A DNA stretch of 45,085 nt, counting the filler, from Jimgerdemannia flammicorona (taxonomy: Eukaryota): NCBI GenBank assembly GCA_003990765.1. It is 2 parts of 2 records of this genome, joined end to end, with 100 filler letters (N's around TTAATTAATTAA, not from the genome) between each part and the next. Parts side by side here need not be neighbours in the genome. Positions count along the whole stretch, not along the records: positions 1 to 22,493 come from RBNJ01001266.1; 1 more part is not named here. One strand, given 5' to 3'. The position numbers and the translations under genes were made by a program. The notes beneath the pieces were generated by a model. That model saw only the letters and a program-made list of their open reading frames with translations, had not been told where the DNA came from and made no database searches. Below, one piece after another: positions 10,645 through 21,703 of this stretch (position 1 is its first letter; the number at the start of each line of letters is the position of its first letter).

Positions 10645-12699
10645 ATGGCAACCAACAAGTGTCCTGAGGTGTGTACTGGGCAGAGTGGCCCTGGAGTGTT
10701 TGAATGGTAGCAAGTGGGGAGAGGCCCTGGCTTGCAGGGAAGCATGAGGGGCCTGCTGGTGGGAGGATGCAGTAGAGGAGGGGGTGGGGCTGGAGGTCAA
10801 GGGTCTGCTGGTGGCAATGGGGGAAGATCTGGACTCCCGAGCTTCCCGGACAAGGTTAAGGAGAGTGGGTGGCTGGCAGGTACTAGGACTGGAGCTGCTG
10901 AGGGGAAGGGTAAGATGAGCCTTAGAAGGGGGGGTGGTGCTCCAGCTGGGAGTGCAGGAGTAGGGGCTGGAGGCACTGTGGCTGGAGGTGTGACTGTTGA
11001 TAGGAATGTGACAGGGAATCAGGAAAAAAAAAGAGATGTGACAGCTGATGGCCAGGTGGGGCAGGGATTCCTGATGTGGAAGGGGGACCTGGCAGATAGT
11101 GTAACAGGGCTAGTAGTGACCCCATTGCTCAAGAAGTCGATCTCAGAGTTCGTGGTGACCTTGTGCTTCAGGGGCTTGGTAGTAACAGTGAGGATGGTTC
11201 TGGGGCTTATTTCAAAGCAGGTGGCTGGGGCGGTCTTGGTGAAGTTCCTAAAGGGTCTGGAGGGGGTTGAGGTGGGCTTTGAGGAGGCAGGCCTACTGGA
11301 TGAGGCGCTGAAGACTGGTGTCATGGTTGGGGAGATGGTGGTCCCTATAGTGTGGTACCTGCAATGAGATCCCAGGGTAGTACAGCTTCTGGTGAAGGGG
11401 GTGCTCATGGTGACTAAGGAGGAGACTAGGAAGAGGGTGGAGGAAGTGATGGTTGAGTATGGTGATGTGGTGGACATTGGCTTTCAGGTGTGGGAGGGGA
11501 TGATGATCAGGATGGGTAATGTTGATGTCAGGATTCAGCTGGTGGGCAAGGAGACCATGGGGAAGGCGAGTGACTGGCTTTCTGTGCTGATGTGGGGGGC
11601 ATTCATCTGTAAGGTTTCAAGGGTGAAGGGGAGTGAGGAGGAGGAGGAGGATTTGTTGGAGGCACTGGAGGAGATGAGTGGAGCTGTGGAGAGGAGAGCA
11701 AGGGCCTGGAAGATGTATGAGGAGTTGATGCATCTAGAGGTTGTGGATGAGAAACATATCTGTACTGACAGAAAGCTGTGGGAGTAGGCACAGGGGTGCA
11801 GGAGACAGAGAGAGCTTCTAGCAAGTATAGTGGTGAAGGCAAAGCAGAGGGCAGTGGGAACTGAAGGGTCTGGGGGTGTCAAGGCCAGTGTTTGGGTGAG
11901 CAAAGGGGGTGGGGAGGTGGAGGTAGATAAGAAAGGGGCTGAAAAGGTGCTGAGCAAGGACCCCTTTGCTGATGGCACTTTTGAGGTTTGGGAGCTAGAG
12001 CTGGATACAACCTCCCCTCTTATCAGGAGGGGCCCGGCTGAAAGGAGGCAGACATCTGAGGATACGCTGATGAAGGGGGCCCAGCAGGTGCACTTTGGGA
12101 TCCCTGATGTGGAACAAGGGGGTCAGGTGGTGGCAGTTGGTGAGGATGAGCTGGTGGATGTCCCTGAGGAGGAGTGGGATGAGGCTGCCAGTGTAGGGAC
12201 TGACACCACAATGTTGGATGTTGGACAGCCAGGGACTCTGGGAGGGAAGGAGGTGGGGAACTTGCTGTAGATGAGCAAGATGATAGATAATCTTGTAGCT
12301 GAGTCTTTGGGAGAGGTGGATCTGTGGGTAATGCCTGAGGAGCATTGGGCACAGATTCTGCATGGTGAGGGAGTGGTGGAGGCACTGAAGGGGGAGATTC
12401 TTTTGATTTTCCTGGAGGAGGAGGGATATGAGGTTGATGAGGTGAGGAGGGCTGAACTGGTAGTGGTCGCTGGGGAGTGGGCAGCATACTGTTGGGTGGA
12501 GCAGCATGGTTTGCAGTTCTAGCAGGAGGCTTGTTGGGAATATTGTGAGAACTTTGAGGAGCAAGAAGATGGGGCAATGGTAGAACTTCTGGGAGGCTTG
12601 GAGGCACAGAAAGCTGGTGAGAGGGAACTAGCTACAGATCATGACTTGGATTTGTTGCAGGAGGAGCAGGATGCAGCATTGTAGAGGGTGGATTCATGA
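10645..12699 (+). pseudogene. LINE ORF1 relic (684 codons, one frame, several premature stops)
   Basis: ATG at 10645. ORF-track pieces 10714, 11392, 11830 and 12271 share this frame. RRM-like segment (LLVKGV...YGDVVDIGF...GNVDVRI). TGA at 12697-12699. Confidence 0.75.
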
Positions 12700-15600
12700 T
12701 ACAACATTTTTCTCTTATGAACAGTACAACCAATGTTTTCTCTTTGAATGTGAATGGGCTAAGGGGATCTGGGTGGTATAAAAACATTTTTAACTGGCTT
12801 AAGGGATTGGAGGCAAATCTCTTTTTATTGCAAGATGTTTAGTGTGAGAATGAGGATGATCAGGTTGAGTGGACTAGGAAATGGGGTGGGGCTGCTACTT
12901 GGTTTGGAAAAGTGCCAATTCTGGTGAGGAAGGGTAGAGGTGACTTGGGGGGTATTGGGAGCTGGGGTGATCACTTGGTCTGGGGAGATTGGCATCGGCC
13001 AGGGTAGGAGTCAGTGAGGGTTAGCTCTTGCTACTGCCCTGCAGTTAGGGGTGAGAGGATTGCATGGATTAAGGAGCTGCTGGAGGAAGGTATTCTCTTG
13101 GAGGAAGAGATTGATGTGCTTGGGGGGGACTTTAATATGGTTCGGGATCAGCATCTAGACCAAACTGATGATGGGCAGGGTACAGGAGGGAGGAGTAGAG
13201 ACCTGGATGTATGGGAGGAGGTGGAGAGGCTGAGCTCCTTAGGAGATATGGGCAGAATATGATGGGGCAACTCAAGGGTCTACACACATTGGGTGAATGA
13301 CTTAGGTACAAGGATTGACTGGATTCTGGCAGCAGATTGTTGGGGGTCTGATATCTGGAAGGCTTTGGAGATAGATTGGTGCTCATGATCTGATCACTGG
13401 GGACTGTTGGGACAGGGGTAGTTTGGGGGGAGTGGAGATGGACCTAGACATTGGCACCTTAACTCCTCTCTGCTAGCTGAGAAGGAGTTGTGGGACTCAT
13501 GGGTAGAGGACATTCAGGCGAAAATTTTCTGCTGGAGGTGTGAGGGTTTGTCAGTGGGTATCTGTTGGATGAGATTGAAAGAGGCTGTGAGGGTCTATTG
13601 GGGAGGGGCTGAGAGAGAAGAGGGGAGGCGAAGGAGGAAGCACATGAGGTGTGCTTCCAATAGGCTGAAGAGATTGCATATAAATTGGGCAGGTCTGCTT
13701 GCTGCTGATGAGGTAGAGGACTGGAGGTTGGCATGAGTTAGATTGGAGATAATGGAACTACAACAGGTGTTGAGAGAAGAGGAAGAGGTGCATATGTGAG
13801 GTATGGCTGCAAGGCTATGGTGGCAGGGGCTCAAGGAGGGTGAGTGGCCTACTAGATTTTTGTCCCATCTGCTCAAAACTAGGAGGGTGAGGTATCGGTG
13901 GGATGGAGTCCTATGTGCCAATGGGGATATGGTATATAGCACACAATGAATCTTAGGGGTTTTGAAAGAGAGATGGTAGGGTTTGTGGAGTGAGGAAGAA
14001 GGGGATACTGATGGGGTGGCTATTGAAGATACATTAGGAGAATGGAGGCTGCCGCAAGTGGCTGGACTGGATGACTTGGCCTTGCCAGTGTGAGGTGAGG
14101 AGGTCCAGAATGTCCTTGCAGCAACTAGACCCGGAATAGCACCAGGGGAGAACAGACTACCATGGGACTTTTAGAAGAAGATGGTTATGGTCCCTGGTGT
14201 TTTGGGTGAGATAACTGCTCTCTGTGATCATGTTCTTCAGAGTGGTGAGTGGGTTGGAGAGCAGGACCTCAGGCTGGTGGCTTTATTGTATAAAGATAAG
14301 AGAAGGAGAGAAGACTGGAAGAACTGGCAGCTGATCATGCTTTTGGACATGGATAGGAAGATGGTGACTAAGGTGGTTGTTGCAAGGCTGCAGAAAGTTG
14401 CTCAACAGATGCTGGGGGAGGAGCAGTGGGGCTTTGTTGGGGGTAGACTTATAAGAGATGGGACTGCTTGGGTGCATGGTGTCATTGAAGGGGCCCGAGC
14501 TTGTGGCTTGGATGGAAGGTTGGTTTTCTTGGACCAGGAGAAGGCCTACAACTGGGTCCGGCAGGTTTGGCTGAGTAAGGTGTTGGATCATATTGGTATT
14601 CCCCCAGGATTTCGGGCTTCTATGTTGAGTCTGCTAGAGGGTAGTTGGGTGGTACTGATGTGCAATGGTTACTGTGGTCTGGCATTTACCTTGGAAAGAG
14701 GGGTTCCTCAGGGGGACCCCCTGTCCCCTATTCTGTATGCCCTCTCTTTGGAACCTTTGATGGATAGAATTTGCCAGAAAGTGGTAGGGCTCTCTATCTA
14801 TGATATAGTGTGGAAGGTGGGAGCATTTGCAGATGATATGATGGTTGGCCTTGGGTCTGTGGCAGATGTTGAAGTAATTAAGGTGGTAGTGGATTAATAT
14901 GAGAATTACTCTGGGGCGAAGCTCAACTGGCATAAGTGTGAGACTATGGTGTTGGGAAATGGGCTGGTGGGTGGAGATATCATTGGAACAATTGTCCCTA
15001 CTGGTGAGGTGGTATGGTATCTGGGCATCTTCCTCTCTATGTATGGCTCTGTCCTGCTATGAGTGTGGTGGGAGAGCAGGGTGGCTACTTGGGGGGAGGC
15101 CCTTTGAGGTTGGGGAGGCCACCATATCTCTCTAGCAGGGTGGGTAGCAATTCTGAATGTGTACTGGTTCCCCAAGCTATGGTATGTGGCCTACCACCTT
15201 GACTTCTCAGCTTGGATGGTGAAGAGGCTGATGAAGGTGGCTAGGGATTGGATTTGGGCAGGGCAGAGGTTCCATATACTCTTGTAATATCAGTAGTTAG
15301 GGGAGATCTTGGCCTTATAGATTTCCCTAAGAGATTGCACTGCTTGTGAGTCTGGTGGTTGAAGAGAGCAGCTGAACTGCAAGGAGGGGGTTAGGTGCCT
15401 CTGTTGCAGAAGGTGTGGGAGATGCGAGCCTCCCCTCGAGGGTCCTCAGGAGACCTACTCTCTTTGGTAGGGCTCAAAGGAATTCAGAGGCTGAGATTTA
15501 AGGGCTTTTGGTGGGGAGTGGTTGATGGAGCATACAGAATTTGTCTGCACTAGCAGGGCAATGAGGGGGAGATATTGTGGGGACCTAGTATATAGTGATG

Positions 15601-16216
15601 GGATAGATTGCTACTGAAAGGTGCTCCACTTGCTGCTTTTGATATTGGGGATGGAGTGGAGTATCAGCAGGGTCTTGGCCAGGATCTTTGGCCAAGTGGC
15701 TAGCAGGCAGTCAGGATTGGCAAGGAGTGGGACTGGGTGGGTATCTGGTCTTAGAGTGCTAAGGTATGGTGGTGGCTTCCCCCCAAGTTCTGGGTGGTGT
15801 GGTGGCAAATACTGCGGTGGAATATCATGCTGAATTTCTGCACCAGGCATCTGGTGGATGGTGGCTGTTTCAATTGTGAGGAGTGTTACAATGTAGGGCA
15901 AGCTGGGGGTTTGGTGCAGATACTGGAATATTGGCTGGGAGATTGTGAGATTTTGGGGGACTTTTGGGTTGCAATAGGAGATAGGCTGGGTGTGGGGCGC
16001 AGACTGGTGGGTGAGGGGGATTGCTGGGAGGGCTTGAGGTCTTGGCTAGTGGGGGGAGTGGGGGATAGTTGGCTTACTATTGGGTGGGTGTTAGCAATTT
16101 GGGTGGGTTTAGCAGAACATTGGTTATTTGTGTTTGAGGAGGGGTGGCAGGTGAGCCTGCAGGAGAAGGTCTTAAGGTGGGAGGAGCTGCTGGGAGATCT
16201 GATGACTGGATGGTGA
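12696..16216 (+). pseudogene. LINE ORF2 relic: APE endonuclease, reverse transcriptase, C-terminal Cys domain
   Basis: APE motifs SLNVNGLRG, GGDFN, RIDWIL, SDH. RT motifs QWGFVGGR, DQEKAYN, GVPQGDPLSP, AFADD. C-terminal CFNCEEC. Contains stops and frameshifts. Confidence 0.93.
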
Positions 16217-16428
16217 ATAGGTTGGGGTCCTTCAGGGGGGTGATGGTGAGGTTTGGTGATAAAGATATGTGATCAGAGTGGTGGGAGGGTAGGAATTGTA
16301 TTCGATAGAGTGGTATTTCATTGAGAAGGGGTAGGGGGGAGGGGCCCCCCTAGGGGGATAGGGTAGGGGGTGGGTTCACTGTACTTATATGGGATAGATG
16401 GGTATAATAAAGGAAGAGTCTGAGTGAC

Positions 16429-16464
<36 letters not shown>

Positions 16465-17824
16465 GCTACAGGATGGGCTCTATATCCTGGGGCATTGTTT
16501 GCTACATTCTGGGCAATAACTGTAGATTGAGTATCCCATATAAGGGGCTTCTTAGGAAGGATTTGCCACCATTCTTTAGCAGGTCCTCAGAAGAATATAA
16601 TAACTTGATGGATATAGACCATAGTAGTAGCAAAGAGTTGTTCCAGAGTATGGTCTTGATTATTTGTTAGAAAGCAGTCAGCAACTTGCTCATTGGTCCA
16701 TTGATTGGCTTTAAAGTTGATATCAACTATACTAATGAAGCTTTGGACTTCTTATGTAGTACCATTAAAGATAGATAGGCTCAGATTTTTAGTTGGTCAG
16801 GTCTGTTCGGCTAAGGCAGTAAAGGTTGCTGCCATTATGGCTACCTGAGTTATAAGGTCTAGAATCTGTTGATTTGCCATGTTGTTTACTGGAGACAGTT
16901 GGACTACTGGTAGTTGGGTTACTGATATGACTTGAGGTACTGGTATAGAGTATGATGGTATTCTTTAGGTCTATGTAAGTTACTGGAGTAATAGTTGTAG
17001 GTCTGGAGTAAGGGCTTGATAGATAGCTGTCTATTGCTGTATAGGTATGTTCTGTCCTGATAGAGGTGCATCTCCTTCAGTAGTATATCCAGGATTGAAT
17101 TCACTGAGATACTCCTTCTTCTCTTTAGCTTGGTCCTTATGTAGTTGGGTTTGCTCAGCATCGAAGTAGACAGAATCAGTTGTATATCTGATTTCAGATA
17201 GGCTTAATTCAAAATCAAGTTCCAGTTCAGTATTGGTTTCAGATTTAGATAAGATTATAGCTGAGCCTGCTTCTGGTTTGGGGCCAGGTTGTTGATAGAG
17301 AGTTACTCTTACTTCTTCTTTAAGAATATGGTAGACCTTGCAATTCTGGAAGCAGTAGTATAAGGTGGTCTTGGTTCTTGTATAGTGAAAGTCAGTAGAG
17401 TTGAGCTACTTGGCTATAGAGGCTTAGACTTTATGAGAAACTAAGGCTAGAAAGACTGCTGCTGGTTATCCTAGGTTGCTCAGATTTGTAGAGCTGACAA
17501 AACTCTTATTGAGAAGAGTAAAGAAGACTTCTATAAGACCTTCTTTATCTTGACTTGCTGGGTGTAGAGCAAGGAGTTTGGTATATAGGGTTTTATCTAT
17601 TTACTGATTTAATTAGAGTACTCTTTCTTTAAATGAAGTTTGTCCCACTTGTTGTAGGTGTGGAGGTCAAATTGTCCTTATGTTAGGTTTAATTCTCTCT
17701 GGATTGTCAGATGGTTTAGGATAAATTCCAGTTCAGAGATTGGGCTTTATACCAACTTATAGGAATTCTCAGAGAAGTTTGTAGTAGAGTGAGAAAGTAT
17801 CTTGAAGTAGAATTGAATTGTAAA

Positions 17825-17836
17825 CCACTGCTACTA
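17825..17836 (-). promoter_or_regulatory. Eroded primer-binding site (tRNA-iMet-like)
   Basis: Minus strand reads TAGTAGCAGTGG 3 nt after the 5' LTR. This is one G>A change from TGGTAGCAG, complementary to a ...CTGCTACCA initiator-tRNA 3' end. The tRNA identity is inferred. Confidence 0.55.
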
Positions 17837-17839
17837 AGT

Positions 17840-19921
17840 TGTAAAAGAGTTACTTATTAGAGTAACCATTACATAGTTCTAGAAGAGTTTTCTGGAAGTT
17901 CTGGATATTCTGAAAGACTGTTTTCTTTAGGTCAAGATCAATTTTATATAGAGTATATCCTCTATGCTTATTGATTTCAAGATTGAATTGATATCTCAAC
18001 CAAAGTCCTTTTTTGGACTAGTTCTGGATATTTAGGATTTTTCATATTTCAGAAAGTTTAAGAAACTAAGACCAGCTTAGTTGAATTGGCATATTGCTAC
18101 AGACAATACCCAATTAGGAAATTTTGTAATAGGGTTAGGAGTGAGATCTAATAGAGAGCAGATTTACTTAAGAGTGGTTTGTGGGTTATTAAATAGGTTT
18201 ATTTGCTATTTATGATATTACTATACTAGAAGTAGTTGTATGAAGGGATATTGTGAGAAAGTGCTCAGGAGTTGTATTTGGATTGTTCAAGTCTTCAAGT
18301 CTGAAATTCTGAGGTCTGGGAGAGGGGGTATTTATACTAGTGAGGGGCTATCTGGACTAGACTGAATATGGATGTAGCACTTAGTATCTTGTTGAGTTGA
18401 AATGCAGTCATATAGTACAAGTGTGATCTGACATATCAAGAGATTATCTGACTGCTGAGTCAGTTTACAATCATATCATATAAGACTAATCTAACTATAC
18501 TAATGACTGCTAAGCTATTTATAGATTTAGATGCTGTCTGGATAGTCTTTGATAATATCACTATCAATGATATTATTTCTGATGAAGTAGTCATCTAAGA
18601 AGAGTTATTCATGGATTAATTCTCTCTGTTCACTGAGATAATAATACATCAGAACTTCATTACCATTCCACAGAATAGTATCATCTGTCTCATATGCTGG
18701 GTAAGGTGTTAGTAGATGAAGAAGGAGTGCATTATCTTTGCTTTCATTAGATTCACTGTCTGCATACCTTCTATAGATAATAGCACTATAAGTTACAGAA
18801 TTGTAGTATACTGACAATTGTACTTCATATTGCTTATACTCTAGTGGTGGGATTGTTGGTTTGATCTTGAGGGTTGTCTGGAGATACAGGTTATATTCTT
18901 CAGTCTCTTCATCATAGTTGAAGTAATTAGGGGTAAATATAGTTTGGTACTTATACTAGTGGTCATTATCTCAATAGGTCTTATAGGTAGTTATGAACTA
19001 TTATAAGTTCATCAGTAAAGTTGGTAGGGTAATCAGAGTTGGTAGAGATTCTTAGCTTAAGGTTATATCAGCATCAGAGGGATCATTATTCTCTGCTTCA
19101 TCATTATCAAACTAGATTATATTATAGATATCCTTCATAATATATCTAACTTGGGACATTTGTAGAATATGGTCATCAGGGTGTGAGAAGGTTCTGTCTG
19201 TAGTTTGAATATACTCAATGTACTTATGGTTGAGTTCTTGTATCATATCATTGATTTGGCCATAGAATAGAGTGGCAATCATATCAGTGGTAGTAACTCA
19301 GAGACATAAATAACAGTACTATACTTATAAAAGAGTTCTTAGAATTTGCAGGCAATGAGTTTCTGGTATTGAGACATCTGGATAATGTCTGTATCATAGT
19401 AGTGTTCAACTATGTCTTCTAAGAGATAGCCAATCTGATAGTAGCTTGAGATTTATTCAATTTAGTGAGCTTTGCTAAGTATGTTTAGAGTATTTCATTG
19501 GGCTTCTACAAAGTAAAGAGGTGCTAGACTATGGATATTCATGAGAAACAGAGAGGGTGTAGCTCAGTTGACAATGGCATTCTAAATGTCAGCATAAATG
19601 TAATTATAGATCTCAGTGGTTATATTTATATATATATTCAGAAGTTGAAGTTGTTTGTTTAGTTTATTGTAGTTCTTTGTTTTGACACATCTCAGTGCTT
19701 AGTATATATATATTTGGTCTTGATTAATAAGACTCCATTTGTATAATTCTTATATTCTGTGACTTCAAGTTGACTCAGCTTTGTGTACTGTGACTTCAGT
19801 TTGACTCAGCTTCATGATCTTACAGATAATTTCCAGATTTGTTCAGAGGTTATGTATGATTTCAGTGGCTTGTTTGGCAGGTGACATGTGATTTCAGTGG
19901 CTTGGAGGTTGTGTGCTTATA
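17840..19921 (-). repeat. Uninterrupted 5' LTR (2082 bp)
   Basis: Ends TGTAA...CTTATA. Minus-strand TATAAATA at 18329-18336 (also 2609-2616 in the solo LTR) and AATAAA at 18198-18203 imply a U3 of ~1.6 kb. Confidence 0.92.
18527..19623 (-). pseudogene. LTR(U3)-encoded ~365-aa ORF of unknown function (other copies at 2806-4334, and 1558-2118 plus 4607-5111)
   Basis: One long frame in the three LTR copies. ATG retained at 5109-5111. Stops in one copy are mostly CAA/TGG in another. Terminal TAA shared at 18527 and 2806. Preceded by a TA-run at 19703-19713. Confidence 0.8.
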
Positions 19922-21456
19922 AGTATCCAGAAGTGATACCAAGAACAAGTCAAGAACAAAATTGCTATTATAGTTCTTAGAGCAATTGAATGACAATAAA
20001 ACTCTACTGAACTATCATCTGTCAATATATATATTACTGAAGACCTTAATCCAAATAAAGCCCAACAATGTCTTGATAGAATATAATATTTTCAGGCTTT
20101 CTGCTATTAACAAGAACTTAAGGAATACTATAAGATAGAACACCTTATCTATCAATAAGCTACCCTTAGTACTGTCAAGCAATGAGTCTATCTTTTTATT
20201 GATAACTATACTTATATAGTTGCCAAACAACTCTATATCCTTTTCTATACCAGACCCTAAGTTCTTGATCATCTCTGTAGAGTATTCCCTAAAAATATCA
20301 TCAATTTGAATGATGAACAATAGAGCAAAATTATTTTTCAAGTAGTTCAGTATATTGTTCACCAGTTTGATAAATATCTAGAGTTTAGTATTGAGTCTAA
20401 TGAGTAGGCTTAAGTAAAGAAAAGAAGAATATAATAAATTAATACAAGCCTCTGAAATTTCTATAGAAATTTCTATAGAATTTCTAACTAGCAGTTATAG
20501 TTACTTAAAGTGGTATAACTATATAGATATACTTAGTACACTATATTTAATCATAGCCTTGAATATATATAAATACTCTCTATACTGAGTATGTTGTAAC
20601 CTCAGCTCTACTTTCTCTAAATATAAGAATAAAGTAATATTCTTATTATAGAAACTCCTCAGATTCAACTTGTTAATAATTCTAAGTTTGATTAACTTGA
20701 GATATAAGTACAGCTATTCTCATCAGTACTAGAACCAAAAGTAATACTTGGACTCTGCTACATTAGATAATTGAAACTCAGAACTTAGAGCTAATAGTTA
20801 TTATTAATTATCTGTAATATATTAATTCTATCAGTATATAGTTTTATTATAAATAGATATTTAAAAATAAAGTAATTTATTTAAGAGAAAATTATGATAT
20901 ATAATCTGAATTAAATATAAGTTAAAGAATAGATATTTAATTATATTATTTAAATTTAATTTCTAATATAATATAATTATTATTAGTAAACTTATATAAA
21001 TAACTCTAGAATTATAAGTAAATAAACCTTAGATTAAAATAATTTAGAAAGAATAAGTAGTTTGATATATAAAGAAATCTTTAGATATATAATTCTGAAA
21101 GTTAAAAGAATTTAAAATAAAGAAATCTGATATACTTTTTAAGTTAAGTATCTACTATATTATAATATATAGAATTTCTTTAAGAATTTCAAAAATAAGA
21201 AAGTTATAAATTCTGATTATATGTGAATTTTAGTTATATATAAATTTTCTTTCAAATAAAGAACTAATATATTATTATATTATTATAAGCTATTAAGAAT
21301 TTCAAATAAAATTAAAATTTAATTTAATTTAACTAATTTGAATTGAACCTTCAATTCAATTTGAATTAAATCAAATTGGACTCTGAATTTGATTTGAATT
21401 CAATTCAATTCAAATATGAAAATCCCCAATTCAATTTAATTCATTTGGGAGCACTA
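19922..21456. mobile_element. Extremely AT-rich TE relic ending in the same hAT-type TIR as the MITEs
   Basis: ...TCATTTGGGAGCACTA ends at 21456, with AATTC/AATTG subterminal repeats from ~21310. Decayed plus-strand frame at ~20020-20430. No partner TIR is visible. Confidence 0.55.
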
Positions 21457-21703
21457 TTCATGATATTTGTCTTCAGAAAGGAAAAACATGCATAGGCGAT
21501 ATTTATGGCAAAGGACACTTAGGAGGTAAAATTGTTACAAGGCCACCAAAGCGATCCATTATTCGGGTGGCGCCATAAAGCGCCATCTTCTTTATTCCGG
21601 CCTCACTAGGAATACTACCATCTTCGTGGGCTCATTATAACTGGGTGACGCCAGCACGTGTAAAGCTTCCATCTCTCAACAATTCAAAATCGCCCATTTT
21701 GCC

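Larger units (their letters stand above)
10562..16460 (+). mobile_element. Apparently full-length (5.9 kb) degenerate L1/Tx1-like non-LTR retrotransposon
   Basis: 16-bp TSD AGGGGCTGCAGAATGG (10546-10561) versus AGGGGCTACAGGATGG (16461-16476), differing by 2 transitions. AATAAA at 16406-16411, poly(A) at 16432-16460, two ORFs. Confidence 0.95.
9904..17800 (-). pseudogene. gag: gag relic, interrupted by the LINE (pieces ~9904-10561 and 16477-~17800)
   Basis: CX2CX4HX4C knuckle with the first C eroded to Y at ~9975-10023. Lies between the PBS and dUTPase/PR. The 5' boundary is approximate. Confidence 0.7.
1558..19921 (-). mobile_element. Degenerate Ty3/Gypsy chromovirus LTR retrotransposon (gag-dUTPase-PR-RT-RH-IN-chromodomain) with nested insertions; 3' LTR truncated
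   Basis: Two homologous LTRs (17840-19921; 1558-2118 plus 4607-5409), PPT beside the left LTR and a PBS-like motif beside the right LTR. Minus-strand motifs: zinc knuckle (Y)FYCQKTEHMASVC ~9975-10023; PR IDSGTSGNFI; RT IPFGLTNA and YIDNIL; RNase H (ORF 7285-7743); IN HDAPTARHLG/CDTC and GPF; chromodomain EYKVEQIL...YLVKWKGY. Confidence 0.95.

Noticed and set aside
10582..15901. Many minus-strand Pro/Ser-rich ORFs (e.g. 11019-11477, 11995-12564, 12023-12607)
   Set aside because: Antisense shadows of the G-rich LINE ORFs, with no independent motifs.
16325..16376. G-tract cluster (possible G-quadruplex) in the LINE 3' UTR
   Set aside because: The whole element is G-rich on this strand, and such tracts are common in L1 3' UTRs.
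19755..19815. Tandem TGACTCA (Gcn4/AP-1-like) sites in the LTR U3 repeats, also at ~4480, ~4519 and ~5290
   Set aside because: They could arise by CpG decay of CGACTCG, so an ancestral site cannot be shown from these copies.
20015..20362. 115-aa minus-strand ORF
   Set aside because: Probably the antisense of a decayed plus-strand frame, with no recognisable domain.
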